Assembly: GCA_951406725.2 (NCBI GenBank)
Contig: OX597814.1
Span: 60,264,001 to 60,328,000, forward strand
Direction: 5' to 3'
From: Octopus vulgaris
Taxonomy: Eukaryota
Length of the DNA stretch: 64,000 nucleotides
Part shown: positions 1 to 13,292 of the stretch, piece by piece
How the letters are laid out: every line of letters starts with the position of its first letter
Numbering within the stretch: position 1 is the first letter of the stretch
Translations under genes and position numbers: made by a program
The notes under the pieces: model-generated
What the model saw: the letters and a program-made list of their open reading frames with translations, nothing else
Database searches by the model: none
What the model was told of the DNA's origin: nothing

Positions 1-2322
1 ATATGCACACGCACACATACATACAAAAAAAATGTACGCATATGTATTTATGTACGCGTATATGAAACATACACGTATGTGCGTGTTTATGTGTGAGAGA
101 GTGCCACTAACACATACATGCAAAAAAATACATACATGATAGCACACACCTTCACTCCCTCTCTCTCTCTCTCTCTCTCTCTTTCTCATGCACATACACA
201 CACACACACACACACAACACACACGCCCATTTCATATACACGTACATACGTCTTCCACTTTCTTCTCTCTTTCAATTTCTGCTGTCTTCAAAGCATGAAG
301 AAATATAAAACTTTTTACGGAAAGTAACGGACAATCATATGATCTCATGTGATTGACCATATGATAGAACTTTCCTGCTTCAAACGAAAGAATGCCATAG
401 AATAACTCCTTTGGTGCACGCGCGTGCATACACACACACACACACATACAGACACACACGGTAAAACGTCAGTATGAATTATTTCTTTCTATGTCCACGC
501 GCAAAATTACAGCTCAAATCCAATTGAAATCACCTTTTTCTTTTCTGTAATTCGTGTTTGTGATGAGTGTCTTTAAAAACCTGACCTTCGGTATAAATTT
601 AAGTGGAAGTTCTCCCGGAAATCCTGTCCTTTACCTTTTTTTTTTCTAGCATGTCCGAGGTGATATTGGCGCCTCCACCCCTGATATTTTTTCTAAATTT
701 CTCCCGATTTCTATGTTTTCAATGAAGGAGATTTAGAATTCGGCGAAAAAACACGTTCTCTATATTTTCATTTTCTCCCTCTCCATCCCAATTTCTTAGT
801 TTTTTTTTACTTTTTTCAAATTTTTCTTAATAGTCCACTAAGAAAAAGCAGAGAGTTCGAATCTTTAAGAATTTTCTTCTTTATTTTTTCTTAAAGAAGC
901 ACTAAAATCCCCTTCCCAAATATCTACATATAACCTCACCATTTTCAAAAAGCTACAAACTCCCAATGTTTCACTTTTAGCTCTTTGGAAAGTGGGGAAT
1001 TTCTTCAGATATAATGTCGTTTACCTGTTGTTTCTAGCATGTCGGGCTTTCTGGGGCTGCTCTAATACTTTTTACGTCTGCTATTTCAGTACAATTCTAC
1101 GCATTCTTCAAACATCAGACGAAAGTGAAAACATAAGGTGATTTTAGCGTTTTGAAAGTGGGTAGGTGATGGGTGGGCATGGTGGGGGAAGGGGCATTGA
1201 GTGTTTCTTTAAAAAAATTAAACCTTCAGAAAAATATATTTCCCAGATTCGTAATCTCTGTACTTTTCTACATGGATAAAAAAAATTCGTCAAAAAGTTA
1301 CTAATTAAGGAGTGTTGACGAGAGGAAACTAAAATTTTGAAAACGTGATTTATTGGCAAAATCGTGAAACCCCCTTTTATACGATGAAACAATACGTAGT
1401 TTGTGATCCTTCTTAAGAACAGAAAACGCTTTCGGGAAAACCCATGCATATTGTATCCTCCCCCATTCACTTTGAAACAAACAATAACTTCCATTATACC
1501 AGTAATCCAGTTCACTATATATCAGCTGCGTTGATCCTGCCCATAAGAAAGGAACACATAATACAATGGCAACGCCGGGATGCATATTGCTAGTGTGTCT
1601 GTGTGTTTGTGTGTGTGCATGTATACACACAAATTTACATACATAGACACATATACTCATGTTTCTAAAAACAAATTTTCCCTAGTAATCTACCCTGCGT
1701 TTGAGCACAAAATTTCTCAGGGCTTGCAATTGATATCATAATAAGTATTATACATGCGATCACAGTTGTTAGTGACCTGAAAATCATGGACGTTGTTATT
1801 CAATTTCGTGAGGTGTAAAGCTAAACATTTCTATTTCCATATGATCGATGTGATGGATGTCCTTTAGATACACCTTCATGTCAATGTTTCCAGGGGAAAA
1901 TATAACTAAGATGAATCTTCCCAGAGTTGTAGTTCTGCTAAGAAAGATTTGACAAAAATGCTTCACATGGAAGTTGGGAAGGCAGATTAAAATGAGAGGA
2001 GAAAGTATGGATGTGTGTAATTGGTTTAGGGATTTAGATAGAATAAATATTCATTTTGTTGTTGCAGAGCAACAGAAGTTAGTGTTTTGGCAATAGAAGT
2101 TACACAGGGAGGAAACAGTGCGCCCATAAATAAGCGGCTGTAGTTTGTTGATAGTTGGTCTTTGTAGATTTCTCTTTGTATATTTGTAGTCTTAGATGTG
2201 TATTTAAAAGCAGCATCTTGCCGCACACATCAGAAATATTCTGGTATGGCTCCTGGGTATTGTAAACATTTACAAGCAAATGGATATTTCTGAGCTATAT
2301 AAGACGGTGAGCAGGCAGATTC

Positions 2323-2517
2323 GTTAGCTCACCGGGCAGAATTCATTGCGACATTTTGTCCGTCTTTACGTTCTGAGTTCAAATTCTGCCGAGGTCGATT
2401 TTGCCTTTCATTCTTTCCGAATCGATAAAAACAAGTACCAGTTGAGCATTTGGATCGATGTAATCGACTAGCCACCGCCGCAAAATGGCTGGCCTTTTGC
2501 CAAAATTTGAAACTAAT
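2323..2517 (+). mobile_element. tRNA-derived SINE, family A
   Basis: GGCAGATTCGTTAGC head, GAGTTCAAATTC B-box and TCGATTTTGCCTTTCATTC central block; same sequence recurs more than ten times in the window. Confidence 0.8.
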
Positions 2518-3974
2518 ATTTCTGGGTTATAAAGCAGGACATTATCTTTTAGATACAGCTTTGTCAATATATGTAAGAGATTATTAGGAGGAATCATCAA
2601 GTACTGTAAAATTTTGCGCCCGTTTTTATATTGAAAATTTATTTGTATATTGTCCGTAAAAAAGAGAGGAGTATGTATAAGATTGATTCTTGGGTATGGG
2701 TGTTTGCTGCATTGTTTTGTGTTGTTATTTCTTCGTCATGAACGATGCATTAATAAAATTGTTAAAAATTCCTACAAATGGTGAATCTCACAGTCTCAGT
2801 TAACTTTCCAATAATGCACCACACATATGTAACACTGTTAAAACTGCATCATCATCATCATCATCCTCACCATCACGGCCGCCACCATCATTAACATTGC
2901 AAAGAATAGGACTTCTATTTTTAGTCTATACATAGTTAGCTTCTAATCATTTGTTAACCAGTCGCCAACACCTTTTAGGCTAAATCCCAAATATGATCAT
3001 TGTGTTATTGAAAAGTAATCAACCCCTATTAACAAACATCAACTAAAGCACAGACAAGACGACTCTTCTTTTTACCTCATCTATTTCTTGTACGGTCTCT
3101 GCCCCTCTAAGCAAGGTAACTACATACCGTCTTCTCCCAAGTACACTCCTACTGCTTCTGCTGTTCATCCACGCACTAAAAACTCCCAGCCCTTTATTCA
3201 CTTTATTCGAGTCTTTGGAATACTCCCATTCACTTCTGCTGTCATCCAGAGATGCTCTGCACAAATCATAGTTATGCTTTTCACTGTTTCTCTGACATAC
3301 CAAAAACAAAAATAATAGAACAACACCAGAAAATGAGATTTTATCAGAATCCGTTCACCAGTTAATCATACAACTTCTACAGTTTAGTTAGAGAGGAAAA
3401 TGCAGCCATCATAGCATTTATAGGTCTGTGGGAAGAGATTCGAAAACCGGACACCTGCTTTGAAATTTTGTAACAGAGTGAATTCTAGTAAGAATCAAAG
3501 TTGGGGTGGTGGTGCTAAATCTAGAATTCGATCTACTACACAAAAGCAAATACAGTCCACTTTTTACCCATACAATCCTTGTTGACCAAAATTCACTGTC
3601 AATATACCAGGGAGAGTAGTGCAATCCAACACCATATCATTACCAAGTAAATTTCTTAACTACATAGATATGACTGTGTTACTTAGCAAAAGCTAAATTT
3701 AATCCATTATACAAATTAAACAAACCTTTTTAGTCATATAAATTTAAGAAAAATTTAATCTACTCAATTTCATCATTACATCTAAAATTTCTCATTTCAA
3801 TTTTGTAACTTTCTAGAAATCATTCTAAAGAAAAAAAAAATAATTCAAATATTTAAAACTCTCAAACCACTCACTTTGATTGTTTAATTTCAATTCAGAA
3901 GACATATGTTCAGTTTTTAGTTCTACTTTAAATCAAGGCAGCCGTTATACAAAAAAATACAAATCCCCGGGCAG

Positions 3975-4110
3975 GCGTAGCGTTTTGGTTCAGAAGCAAG
4001 CTTCCCATCCATGTGGCCTTGATTTCAGTCTACTGTATACTGCGTCAGCAATTGTTTTCTACTATAGTCGCAACCTGCCAAAGCCTAGGGAGTGAATTTG
4101 GTTGACAGAA
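3975..4110 (+). mobile_element. SINE family B head, degenerate
   Basis: AAGCAAGCTTCCCA..TTCAGTC..ACTATAG..CCAAAGCC..GAGTGAATTTGG matches the reverse complement of 45553-45715. Confidence 0.6.
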
Positions 4111-4215
4111 ACTGGGGTCGATGTAATTGACTTAATCCGTTTGTCTGTCCTTGTTTGTCCACTCTATGTCTAGCCCCTTGTGGGAATAAAGAAATAGGAA
4201 ACTGGAAGAAGGCCA

Positions 4216-4266
<51 letters not shown>

Positions 4267-4529
4267 TTTCCTTTCAAAATATTACTTCGAAAAGTTTATT
4301 TTGTTTATGGGGATAGGTTATCCTAGCGGGCGCAGCAGTTATGCGCGACTATCGATTGATAATTCTGGTTATCGTTCGTGTGCTTATGTAATAATATTTG
4401 TGGTTGGTTCGTTTAACCATTCTCAGTAATTACCACTTCTGGAAATCCAGTTGTCCTTATAGATTAAAAACAGTGAATATTCTATGTGTATACTCTTTTT
4501 TCTTTAAACTATTAATTATATATGTATGT

Positions 4530-4760
4530 ATGTATGTGTGCCTATGGATCTTTGTGTTTGTTCTTTGTTTGTGCTGTACCACCGCTCGACAAATAATGTT
4601 GGTTTGTTTACATCCCAGGTTCGGCAAAAGAGACCGATAGAATAAATACCAGGTTTAAAAAATAAGCAATGGTGTAGATTTGTTCGACAAAACCAGCAAA
4701 GACAATGCTCCAGTATAGCCGCATTTCGATGACTGAAACAAGTGAAAAATAAAAGATAAA
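4530..4760 (+). mobile_element. SINE family B 3' part
   Basis: GGTTCGGCAAAAGAGACCGATAGAATAA..TGCTCCAG..ATGACTGAAACAAGT; reverse copies at 60018-60245 and 62380-62530, short pieces near 8000-8052 and 17595-17642. Confidence 0.7.
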
Positions 4761-5336
4761 ATGGTACACAAAACCCTGTTTACATTAAGATTACTGTAGG
4801 CTCATTTACTCTCTCAGAAGCACTCGAATAAATCATGAATATTTTGAGCTGAAGAGGGAGCTACTATAAAGTCGTTCTAGAAACAGAAATAGCCCCAAAT
4901 TTCATTATACCATTTATAAAAAGACATAATGGATATTATAACACGAAAAAGCAAATGGAATGGTCGTGGTTGAAATAGTTTCGATCATAGATTGATTCGA
5001 TCAATGCCAAGCTAGACATATATAACATAGCCATCATTATCATTAACAGCTGATTTTTTAGTTTAAAAATCCATAAATAATATGGTATATGTAATCTTTC
5101 AAAGCAAGATAAATATTATCATCTAAATATTCCCCGACAATTTCTTACTCCTTCCTGGATAAATTTCCGTTGATTGTCCTCTCAATTTCGATATCTACCG
5201 CGAGAATAAACTAATAAAACAAGTGATTATAGCTGCAAGGAAGGTTTTATACCCATTTAGATAGTTACACACACACAAACGCATTTATACGTATGTACAT
5301 ATATATTTGTGCGTGTATGTGTATATATATATATAG

Positions 5337-5960
5337 GGAGAATTCACAAAAACCAAAAGACGAAAACAGGTGGTGTAGACAACAAACAAATGTATTAGTT
5401 TAACGCCGGGAAGTGAAAAAGTCTTTAACGTTTCGAGCCTACGCACTTCCACAGAAAGGAACACAGAAAGAAACAAGGAGAGAAAATAATCCATCATGGC
5501 GAATTCCGGACAGAGGGGTTCCACAAGTAAACTAGGGAGAAGGGGAGATGATAAAGCAGTGATGCTCCCAAAACGAAGGTGCGCGTGCGCGTGTATAAGA
5601 GAGTATGTATGTGCGTGTAGAAGAGGGCTGGTGACCTTGTCGTGTGTGTGTATGTGTAGGTGTGTGGATGTGGGGCTGGGAAGTGGTCAGTGTTAGTGTG
5701 TGCGTAGTGGTGTGATGTGATGTGATGTGGTGTGGTGTGGTGTGATGGTGTTGGGAGGTTGGGGAGGCGAGAGTGGGGAAAGCAAGGGTGGGTTATGGGT
5801 TAGGCTGAGGGTGGGGGTAAAGGTGGGATTACGTGGGAGGGGTGACGAGAGAGGGGGAAGGGAGAAGGTGGGTAGGAGTGAAGAGAAGAGAGTCGGAGCA
5901 AGAGAGGAGAGGTGGGAGCGGAGAAACAAAAGAAGGGCACTCAACAAATTTATTGGGAGT
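5337..5960 (-). mobile_element. PLE 3' terminal (pLTR-type) remnant between (TA)n tracts
   Basis: Contains an HHR-like motif at 5423-5458; its terminal part resembles 24030-24150 and 52992-53199; TA runs on both sides. Confidence 0.55.
5423..5458 (-). ncRNA. Minimal type-I hammerhead motif, variant core
   Basis: Minus strand CTTT-CTGTGGA-A-GTGC-GTAG-GCTC-GAAA-CG-TT-AAAG; core CUGUGGA and one stem II mismatch. Confidence 0.5.
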
Positions 5961-6049
5961 TATATATATATGGGTGGAAGATGGCCTTCTTTTTACCTAG
6001 TGATGTTAGTTAAATAGAAATAGAAATAGAAATATAAACGCCTCGGATA

Positions 6050-6247
6050 CAGAATCATTAACTTGCTGGATAAAATGCGTAGCAGCATTTCCTCTAGCTC
6101 TACGTTCTGAGTTCAAATTCCACCGAGATTGACTTTGCCTTTCAGCTCTGAAGGGTCGATAAAGTAAGTACCAATCAAGTAGTAGTATCGATGTAATCGA
6201 TTCGCCCCTCCTCTGACTTTTCAGGCCTTCTGCCTATAATAAAAGGA
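6050..6247 (+). mobile_element. SINE family A copy
   Basis: TACGTTCTGAGTTCAAATTCCACCGAGATTGACTTTGCCTTTCA. Confidence 0.75.
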
Positions 6248-6329
6248 AAAAAATAATTAAAAATATGCAATCTATGGCACAGATTCGTTATTGGATGCGT
6301 TAAGGTGTAACTGCGCTCTCTAGATATAT

Positions 6330-6720
6330 TCTCACCATCATCATTAACTACCTCATTATCATAACAATCATTATCTAACGTAAAAGACTATTATCATCAT
6401 TGCTATCATTGTTACCATCATCATCATCATCATCATCATCATCGCAATCACCAGTATAGTTAAACCATCATCGTTGACGTAAACTTTTACAGTAGTCTCA
6501 TAACATTCGTAACCATCATCATCCTCATCATTATGCTCTTCCACCTCATCATCAATATGATAGCCTTCACCGTCAGTATCATTACTATTAATACCACCAG
6601 CACCAACACCATTACTCTGAACATCACTGTCATACATATTATCACCACCATCTTCGTTACCGTCGTAAGAGCAGTCATTAATTTCATCAACATGATTGCG
6701 AACCACCAAATGACTAGACT
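6330..6720. repeat. Degenerate (CAT)n/(CAC)n low-complexity tract
   Basis: Imperfect trinucleotide run producing poly-M/poly-D pseudo-ORFs. Confidence 0.8.
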
Positions 6721-8083
6721 CCTCAATTACATTACGACATTCCTATATTACGCCCCCATGAAACAGAAATAAAACCCCGTACATATTCAAATAATAAAGC
6801 TTGATTGATATCTTATAATGTGGCATTTATTGACGTTGTTATTGCTTAGCGAGATGATCTAGAAACATCAATGGTCGAAAACGGTCCAGCAACAACCGTT
6901 CCATCGTATAATCAAACAATATATCTAAGACTACTTTGAATAAATTAAAGAAAATACAGTCCGTACGTTTCGTGAGAGATTTAGTGTTATCCCTAACAGG
7001 TCGACTGTCGAGAAAATGCGTCTTCGTTGAATACGTGTATGTACGTGTGTATGTACTTGAAAGTAAAAGCAAGAGAGAGAGAGAGCGAGAGAGAAAGAGA
7101 GAGAGAGAAAGAGAGACCAAGGCCATTAATAAAATAAATATTGCAGATGCAATTATTTTCTGTCAATACAGTTTATAGATTTATATTTTCTCTCTTTAGA
7201 CATAAAATATTGAAACAATATTCTTTCAATGACAACTCAATATATTATATTTCGTACTTTTTTCTTGCATTTTTCTTATTTTTCTTATATTTCTTTCATC
7301 ATCCATTGTTACGCACTACACACGCTAAAAACAATTATAAACCAAAATATGAACACAACACAGTCATACGTTTTATATGTGTTTGTATGTGTGATTGTGT
7401 GTATATTTTTGGGAGCGTGTGTATTTTTTACGGTATGTATCTATATTTGAAGATGGATGAATATATGTGTATGTGTGTACATATATATGTGTGTGTGTGT
7501 ATGTATATATACATTTATTTATATGTATATATATATATGTGTATATACACATACATATATATATAAACATACACAAATTCATATGAAACATGATTATTTA
7601 GGAAAATATTTAGTCATAGTTATGACATTCTTCCAGAATATTTGATTAATAGAGACATAATGTCTTACTTGTGCGCAAGTCAATCACTCTTTGACCTCAG
7701 CTGCTTTCTTATCAGTTCGTATTGCTCGCTTCCTTGAGCAAGTTATCTTGACAGACTTCAGAGCTTTTCGCATTTATCTTACTATTAAGCCATCACTTAT
7801 GTTATATGCTTGCCTATGCAAACACGATATATATAAATAACCACATACGTACACACACGTTACACACACAAGCACCCATACACACATATATATGTATGTA
7901 CACATATACTCCTACATACAGAACTACATACATGAATACATTGTATGTGTGTGTCTGTATATGTATGTATATATATATATATACACATACACACATATGC
8001 TCTTTTACACTTTTACTTGTTTCAGTCATTCGACTGTGGCCATGCTGGAGCACACACACACACATACACATACACACACACAT

Positions 8084-8130
<47 letters not shown>

Positions 8131-8397
8131 CATATACATACATATAAGAGGGATGACCACTAAGTGGACATCCAATATGGTAGAAGTAGACCCCATATGG
8201 TCTACTCTTATATGTATGTAATATAATTTTTCTGAATCTTGAATATGCTAAGCCACTGGTTTAAATTGACGTTAATCAAGTTAATATGCATGCGAATACA
8301 TACATAAAACAAAACACACAAATGTTTGGCATGTTACTTTTCCCTCAGCCCGAATCTATCCAAAGATTTGTGGGTGATGTGTAATGCCCATCGGATT

Positions 8398-9520
8398 AAC
8401 CAGCACATGAAACTTAAAGATCCAGCCTTGCCGCACATTGAGTTTTGCTGATTGTGCTTGATTAGTACGTTAAGGGTACATGTGTCTGTGGAATGCTATT
8501 TCCGGTATAGTTTCAGATTTAGAGTTTTTATAAAGTATTCTTTGGATGTTCGTAGTTATTCGATTTTTTTGTTTAATTTGAAAAAAGAAAAAAGACATTT
8601 TGAATTTTCCATTTGTACAAAAGTTGAAATGTTCACTTCATAGAATATTTCTCAGAGTTGAATTTTTGATTTGTTGTTTATGTACTTTAACCTGATGTAT
8701 AAATTTTGATCGTGTCTGGCCGATATAATTCTCATTGCCTTGTGAATACGTGATGCAATTTATAAGTTTTGTGCGTTTTTTCTTTTATTTTGTTTTGCAA
8801 TTCATATTTTTGAATTTTTTGTTGTTAGCTCTTCAGTTATTTCACGCATCCCACCACGAATATTTTCGAAGTTTGTTACTGTTGTTTTTCTTCTTCTGTT
8901 GTGAATTTCACCCTCGTTAAGAATCTTTTAAGATTTGGTTGTTATCTTCGCTTGTTGATAATTTGTGATTCTATATTTTTCTGAGATTGAATGATTGATG
9001 TAGAATTGGGAGGTGTTGTGTGGCCAAATGTAAGATGTGGTTTATAAGAGTAAGGGAAAACTACAAATGGAATATATATATTTTATCTTTGCTTTTTCCC
9101 TCGTTGTGAGGTTCCACCATAAGAGAGTGATTTGGGATCTCTTTCGCTGTGGTTATGGCATAATTTACTAAGATTTTGGAGGGGAATATTTTTGTTTCTG
9201 AAGGAATATATTTAGGTCTACCAGTTATTTCTCCTATATATTTGTGTCCGAAACTATTAAACATATACGTTTTGCCTTCTCGAATAGGCTGTTACTATTA
9301 CTGTGGCATGGGTGGAAGTTATCCAAAATTTAAATATTCTTGTATGTAACTCTGTCTTTGCAGTAAACATCGTCTAATTTTCTTCACTTATGAACCAGCA
9401 CATGGAATTTTAAGATCCAGCCTTGCCGTACATTCTGTCATGCTCATAGTGCTTGATTAGTACGTTAAGAGTACACGTATCTGTGGAATACTATTTCGGG
9501 TAGAGTTACAGATTTAGAGT
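8398..9520 (-). mobile_element. Decayed PLE (RT C-terminus + GIY-YIG endonuclease) with direct terminal repeats
   Basis: Minus-strand remnants AKRICLIVSD, QPNLKRFLTRVKF, CITY..NENYIGQT..VKVHKQQIK..SEHFNFC; ~128 bp direct repeats at 8398-8525 and 9393-9520. Confidence 0.75.
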
Positions 9521-11184
9521 CCAAAAAAAAAAAGAAGAATTTCGTTTCGTTCATTTTCTTAGTAAACTGGATCGATTTGTTTATTAATTAAAGGAATATT
9601 CTTTTCTTTTTACTTCTTTTTACTTATTTCAACTACAATATATGAAGCAGTCACCTTGGAATCTTTCCCAGTTTCTTTTAAAATAGGATTGGAAATGCTG
9701 ATCAAAAGGAGACGATCATAGTTAATCTCTATAAAATATCAATCTTTTCAATGTAAGAGTTTATAAATATTACTTTACTGAGAAGTATTCCCTAATCATC
9801 CTTCTGTTTAATACTAATTTTCTTTTTATATATATCAATATATCACTTACATACATATGTGAACAGCTAGGCACAATATAACACCATGACAGAAAGATTT
9901 TATCGTCACTAATTGTGCCTTAGTGTGCCGAAGCACCTATATTGCAAGAAATAGAAGCTAAAAACCCTTAATGTTGCATGAAGCGCACAGGGGAGACATC
10001 CATCACATAAATTACTAGGATCACTGGATTAGTTTCGCCAATCAGTCGTAAGCCCCTCAGAGGTGACTGCTCAACAGCTCGCTGGTTTCGCCAACATACA
10101 TATATGAATAGATATATATATATAGACATACATATGTACAGACTCTTATATATATATATATGTTTCTTTTCCTATGATTAGTAGTGGAATAAATACAGAA
10201 GTCGTACAATTTAAGTTTATATTTTTACTTTATTTTCTATATAATATAATGACATTTAGTTTTAGAAGAACTTTTTATCAAACAGATATAAATGAATATT
10301 TAAGTGAAAACTGTGAAAATCATCTTGTGTAGTATTAAACACAAACAGTACTAAATTTAACCAGAGGAACAAAGTGTATTTTTGCATTAGAAGATTAGGC
10401 AAAAAATTCCGATAACCATCATAGGACCTGACAAAATAAATAAACCCAATAAATCGCATCATAATATTTAGGAAGAGACTCCATAGTACATTTTCGACTT
10501 AATTTTCTAATTTTCCCTTGCGAAAATTTGTTTCTTCAAATTATTTTCTAATAATCCTAAAAATATCTTAATGTTTTATGTAAAATATCGTAATGTTTTA
10601 TGTAAAAATAATTTAATTATTTCGGAGATGTACTTGTTTGGCGGGTGCAAAACCACTAACTTCTCTTCGTCATTTATAATTTAGTGTCAAAACGTTCGTC
10701 GTGCTAATAGATGCTTAAAAGAAGTTAAGATGTTTTTTGTGATTTTGAATGGTTAATATGCGTCTTCCAACCTGTAAGTGCTAATCATTAGATTACAATA
10801 TGTATAGATATGGAAACCGTACAATACATGTTTATTAAGCAGGTTTTAAATTTCAATGAAGATTTCGTAGATGTTCATTTATAATTACGTATATCAGATA
10901 TCAGACTTTAGAATTGAAATTAAAAGTTTAATTTTTACGTTCAGCACACGAAGATAAGAATTAGGATGAATGTAGAAGCCGCACAATATAATCTTTAGTG
11001 CTACAGACGCTAGGTTACAATGGTGATTTAGAAAATTTTCAAATCTACACACCCATTCATGTTTGCTTGATAAGGATTTTGCTTTGTTAAATCATACAGT
11101 TCTATATTTAAGAGATGAGGAATTATATGCATTATTTACATTATTTACATTTGACGGAAATTTGTCCTCATCTTGTTTGTTGTT

Positions 11185-11230
11185 AACACAACGTTTCGGC
11201 TGATATACCCTCCAACCTTCATCAGGTGTC
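11185..11230 (-). ncRNA. Minimal type-I hammerhead ribozyme, canonical core
   Basis: GACAC-CTGATGA-A-GGTTG-GAGGGTATAT-CAGCC-GAAA-CG-TT-GTGTT; stems I and II pair; stem III is the palindrome AACGTT. Confidence 0.8.
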
Positions 11231-11287
11231 TTGGGGGAAATTTCGAATTTTCGATGTTATTATTGTTGTTATTATTATTATTATTAA

Positions 11288-11344
<57 letters not shown>

Positions 11345-12058
11345 TATTATTATTATTATTATTCAGGTCACTGTCTGGAATCGAACTCAGAATCCTGGGG
11401 TTATTAGCCTGTTTTTGGTCATATTCTCTTCTACTGGTGGTTTTACTCGGAGATATTTGCGAAGTGCCATATTACTCTTGAATACTGTCCTGATATCATA
11501 TGGTCCGCATATCTTTTGTATCTTTTCGAAGAGGCCTTTCACATAGGGTAGACAGACATTGTACAGTTTATTGATTTCATCCTCTCTTTTCTTCATACTT
11601 GGAGTGGATAGTATGTTTTTCGGGTAGTTGTTGCTTAATAGATTGTTACTGAGCTTGATCATTTCTTCGTGGTGGGTATCACGATCGCTACATATATACT
11701 TTCCTCCAATCCCTCTCTTTACACTGTATGGATGGTGGGAAGTAAAGTTGAGGTATCGTCCAGTGAAGGTCGGCTTGCGGTATACGGATATCCTGAATCC
11801 AAACTTGGTGCGTGTTATTAATACGTCCAGGAATGCTAGCTGATTGACTTCTTCCTTTTCCATTGTGAACTATATGGATGACTTTATTGAGTTCACATGA
11901 TCTAATACAACTTGATTTATAGGCCCTAAAATTCACTCTATAATTGCCCACGAGAATACGGCGTAGTGGTTAAAGGTCGCGGGCTACTAACCCCAAGATT
12001 CCGAGTAATAATAATAATAATAATTAGGAATGAGAACCCGGGTTCGAAATTTTCCAAA

Positions 12059-12104
12059 GACACATGATGAAGACTAGGGGGTATATCAGCCGAAACATTG
12101 TGTT
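12059..12104 (+). ncRNA. Mutated copy of the same hammerhead
   Basis: GACAC-ATGATGA-AGACTAG..CAGCC-GAAA-CATT-GTGTT; C3 and stem III altered. Confidence 0.55.
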
Positions 12105-12592
12105 AACAACAAACAAGATGACAAAAATCCGTCAAATGTAAATAATGTAAAAAACTGTTAAATCATAGGTTGATATTTTATGCGAAAATATAAACTTGCC
12201 TTGTAAGGTTTCTACATAAAGCTCCCTTTATAATTTTTGCACGTAAAACATTTCTCACAACGTTATTAAATAAAACTACCTCTTACCAAGATTATGAGAA
12301 AATCATTTTAAAATGAAATTTTTGTAGATTAATTTTGAACATCATAGGAGACAAGAGAAGATTCGATAATCTACGTGAAAATAAAAAAAATTTTATCCTA
12401 TTAGAACAGACACATGTATGGAGAGATTGCCGTGACAATGTTTATATCACAGACGCTAAATTTCATAGAAAATTACGAAATATTCAATTCAAAATACATA
12501 TATATGAGGATGAGTTCTTCAACTTAAAATATCATAAAATGTTATCCATTATTTTATATAACAAAATTATATTTGTATTATACGCTTTCTCT

Positions 12593-12758
12593 GCGCGCGT
12601 ATGTGTGTGCGAGCGTGCGCATGCGTGTGCGTGCATGCGTGTGCGTGCATGCGTGTGCGTGCATGCGTGTGCGTGCATGCGTGTGCGTGCATGCGTGTGC
12701 GTGCATGCGTGTGCGTGCATGCGTGTGCGTGCATGCGTGTGCGTGCATACGCGTGCGT
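12593..12758. repeat. 14-bp tandem repeat (GCGTGTGCGTGCAT)n
   Basis: About nine near-perfect units; strict purine-pyrimidine alternation. Confidence 0.9.
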
Positions 12759-12913
12759 TAACGATAACCCATTTATTTTTCAAACGACTATTTTTGTCAT
12801 TCTTTATATTCTTCTGATGAAGTAATAAACACGTTAAAATTCTATCCCTTCTTTTTAAGTACTGATTTTTGTCCTTCCCGGGATGTCTTCTTTCTTTATG
12901 TACTTATCGCCAA

Positions 12914-12970
<57 letters not shown>

Positions 12971-13226
12971 CATACATATATATACACATATTTATAAATA
13001 AATATATATATTTCTGTACATATATGTGTGTGTGTGTGTGCATATATAAATGTATATGCCATAATTTGTTCATCCCTGATCACTTTAATTACCTATTACT
13101 GCTCGATAATCGACTGACGCTTTCATATATAAATGTATGTTAAGTTCTAACACGAGATATTTAGTATCGATATGCCTAAGGGAAATAATAATAATAATGA
13201 TAATAATAATAATAATGATAATAATA

Positions 13227-13289
<63 letters not shown>

Positions 13290-13292
<3 letters not shown>

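Larger units (their letters stand above)
11130..12150 (-). mobile_element. Internally deleted PLE with inverted terminal modules (tRNA-like + (TAA)n + HHR)
   Basis: ORF 11387-11863(-) has PLE RT thumb motifs FTMEKE..LAFLDV..VYRKPT..YLNFTSHHP..LPYVKGL; arms 11130-11250 and 12040-12150 are reverse complements. Confidence 0.85.

Noticed and set aside
500-1480. Possible non-autonomous DNA element (repeated CTAGCATGTC, small hairpins)
   Set aside because: No definable ends, TIR or TSD
2170-2290. DVCGK..HL motif on the minus strand suggesting a C2H2 zinc finger
   Set aside because: Single, frameshifted, lacks the remaining ligands and any exon context
3043-3624. Short non-repetitive ORFs
   Set aside because: No recognisable motif; probably decayed TE
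10020-10070. HHR-like CTGAGGG..GAAACTAATC on the minus strand; similar weak cases near 41990, 43100, 43425, 44515 and 45872
   Set aside because: Core and stems too degenerate or truncated to call
13137-13290. N-terminal poly-Ile extension of the 425-aa ORF
   Set aside because: Read-through of the target (TAA)n, not part of the element
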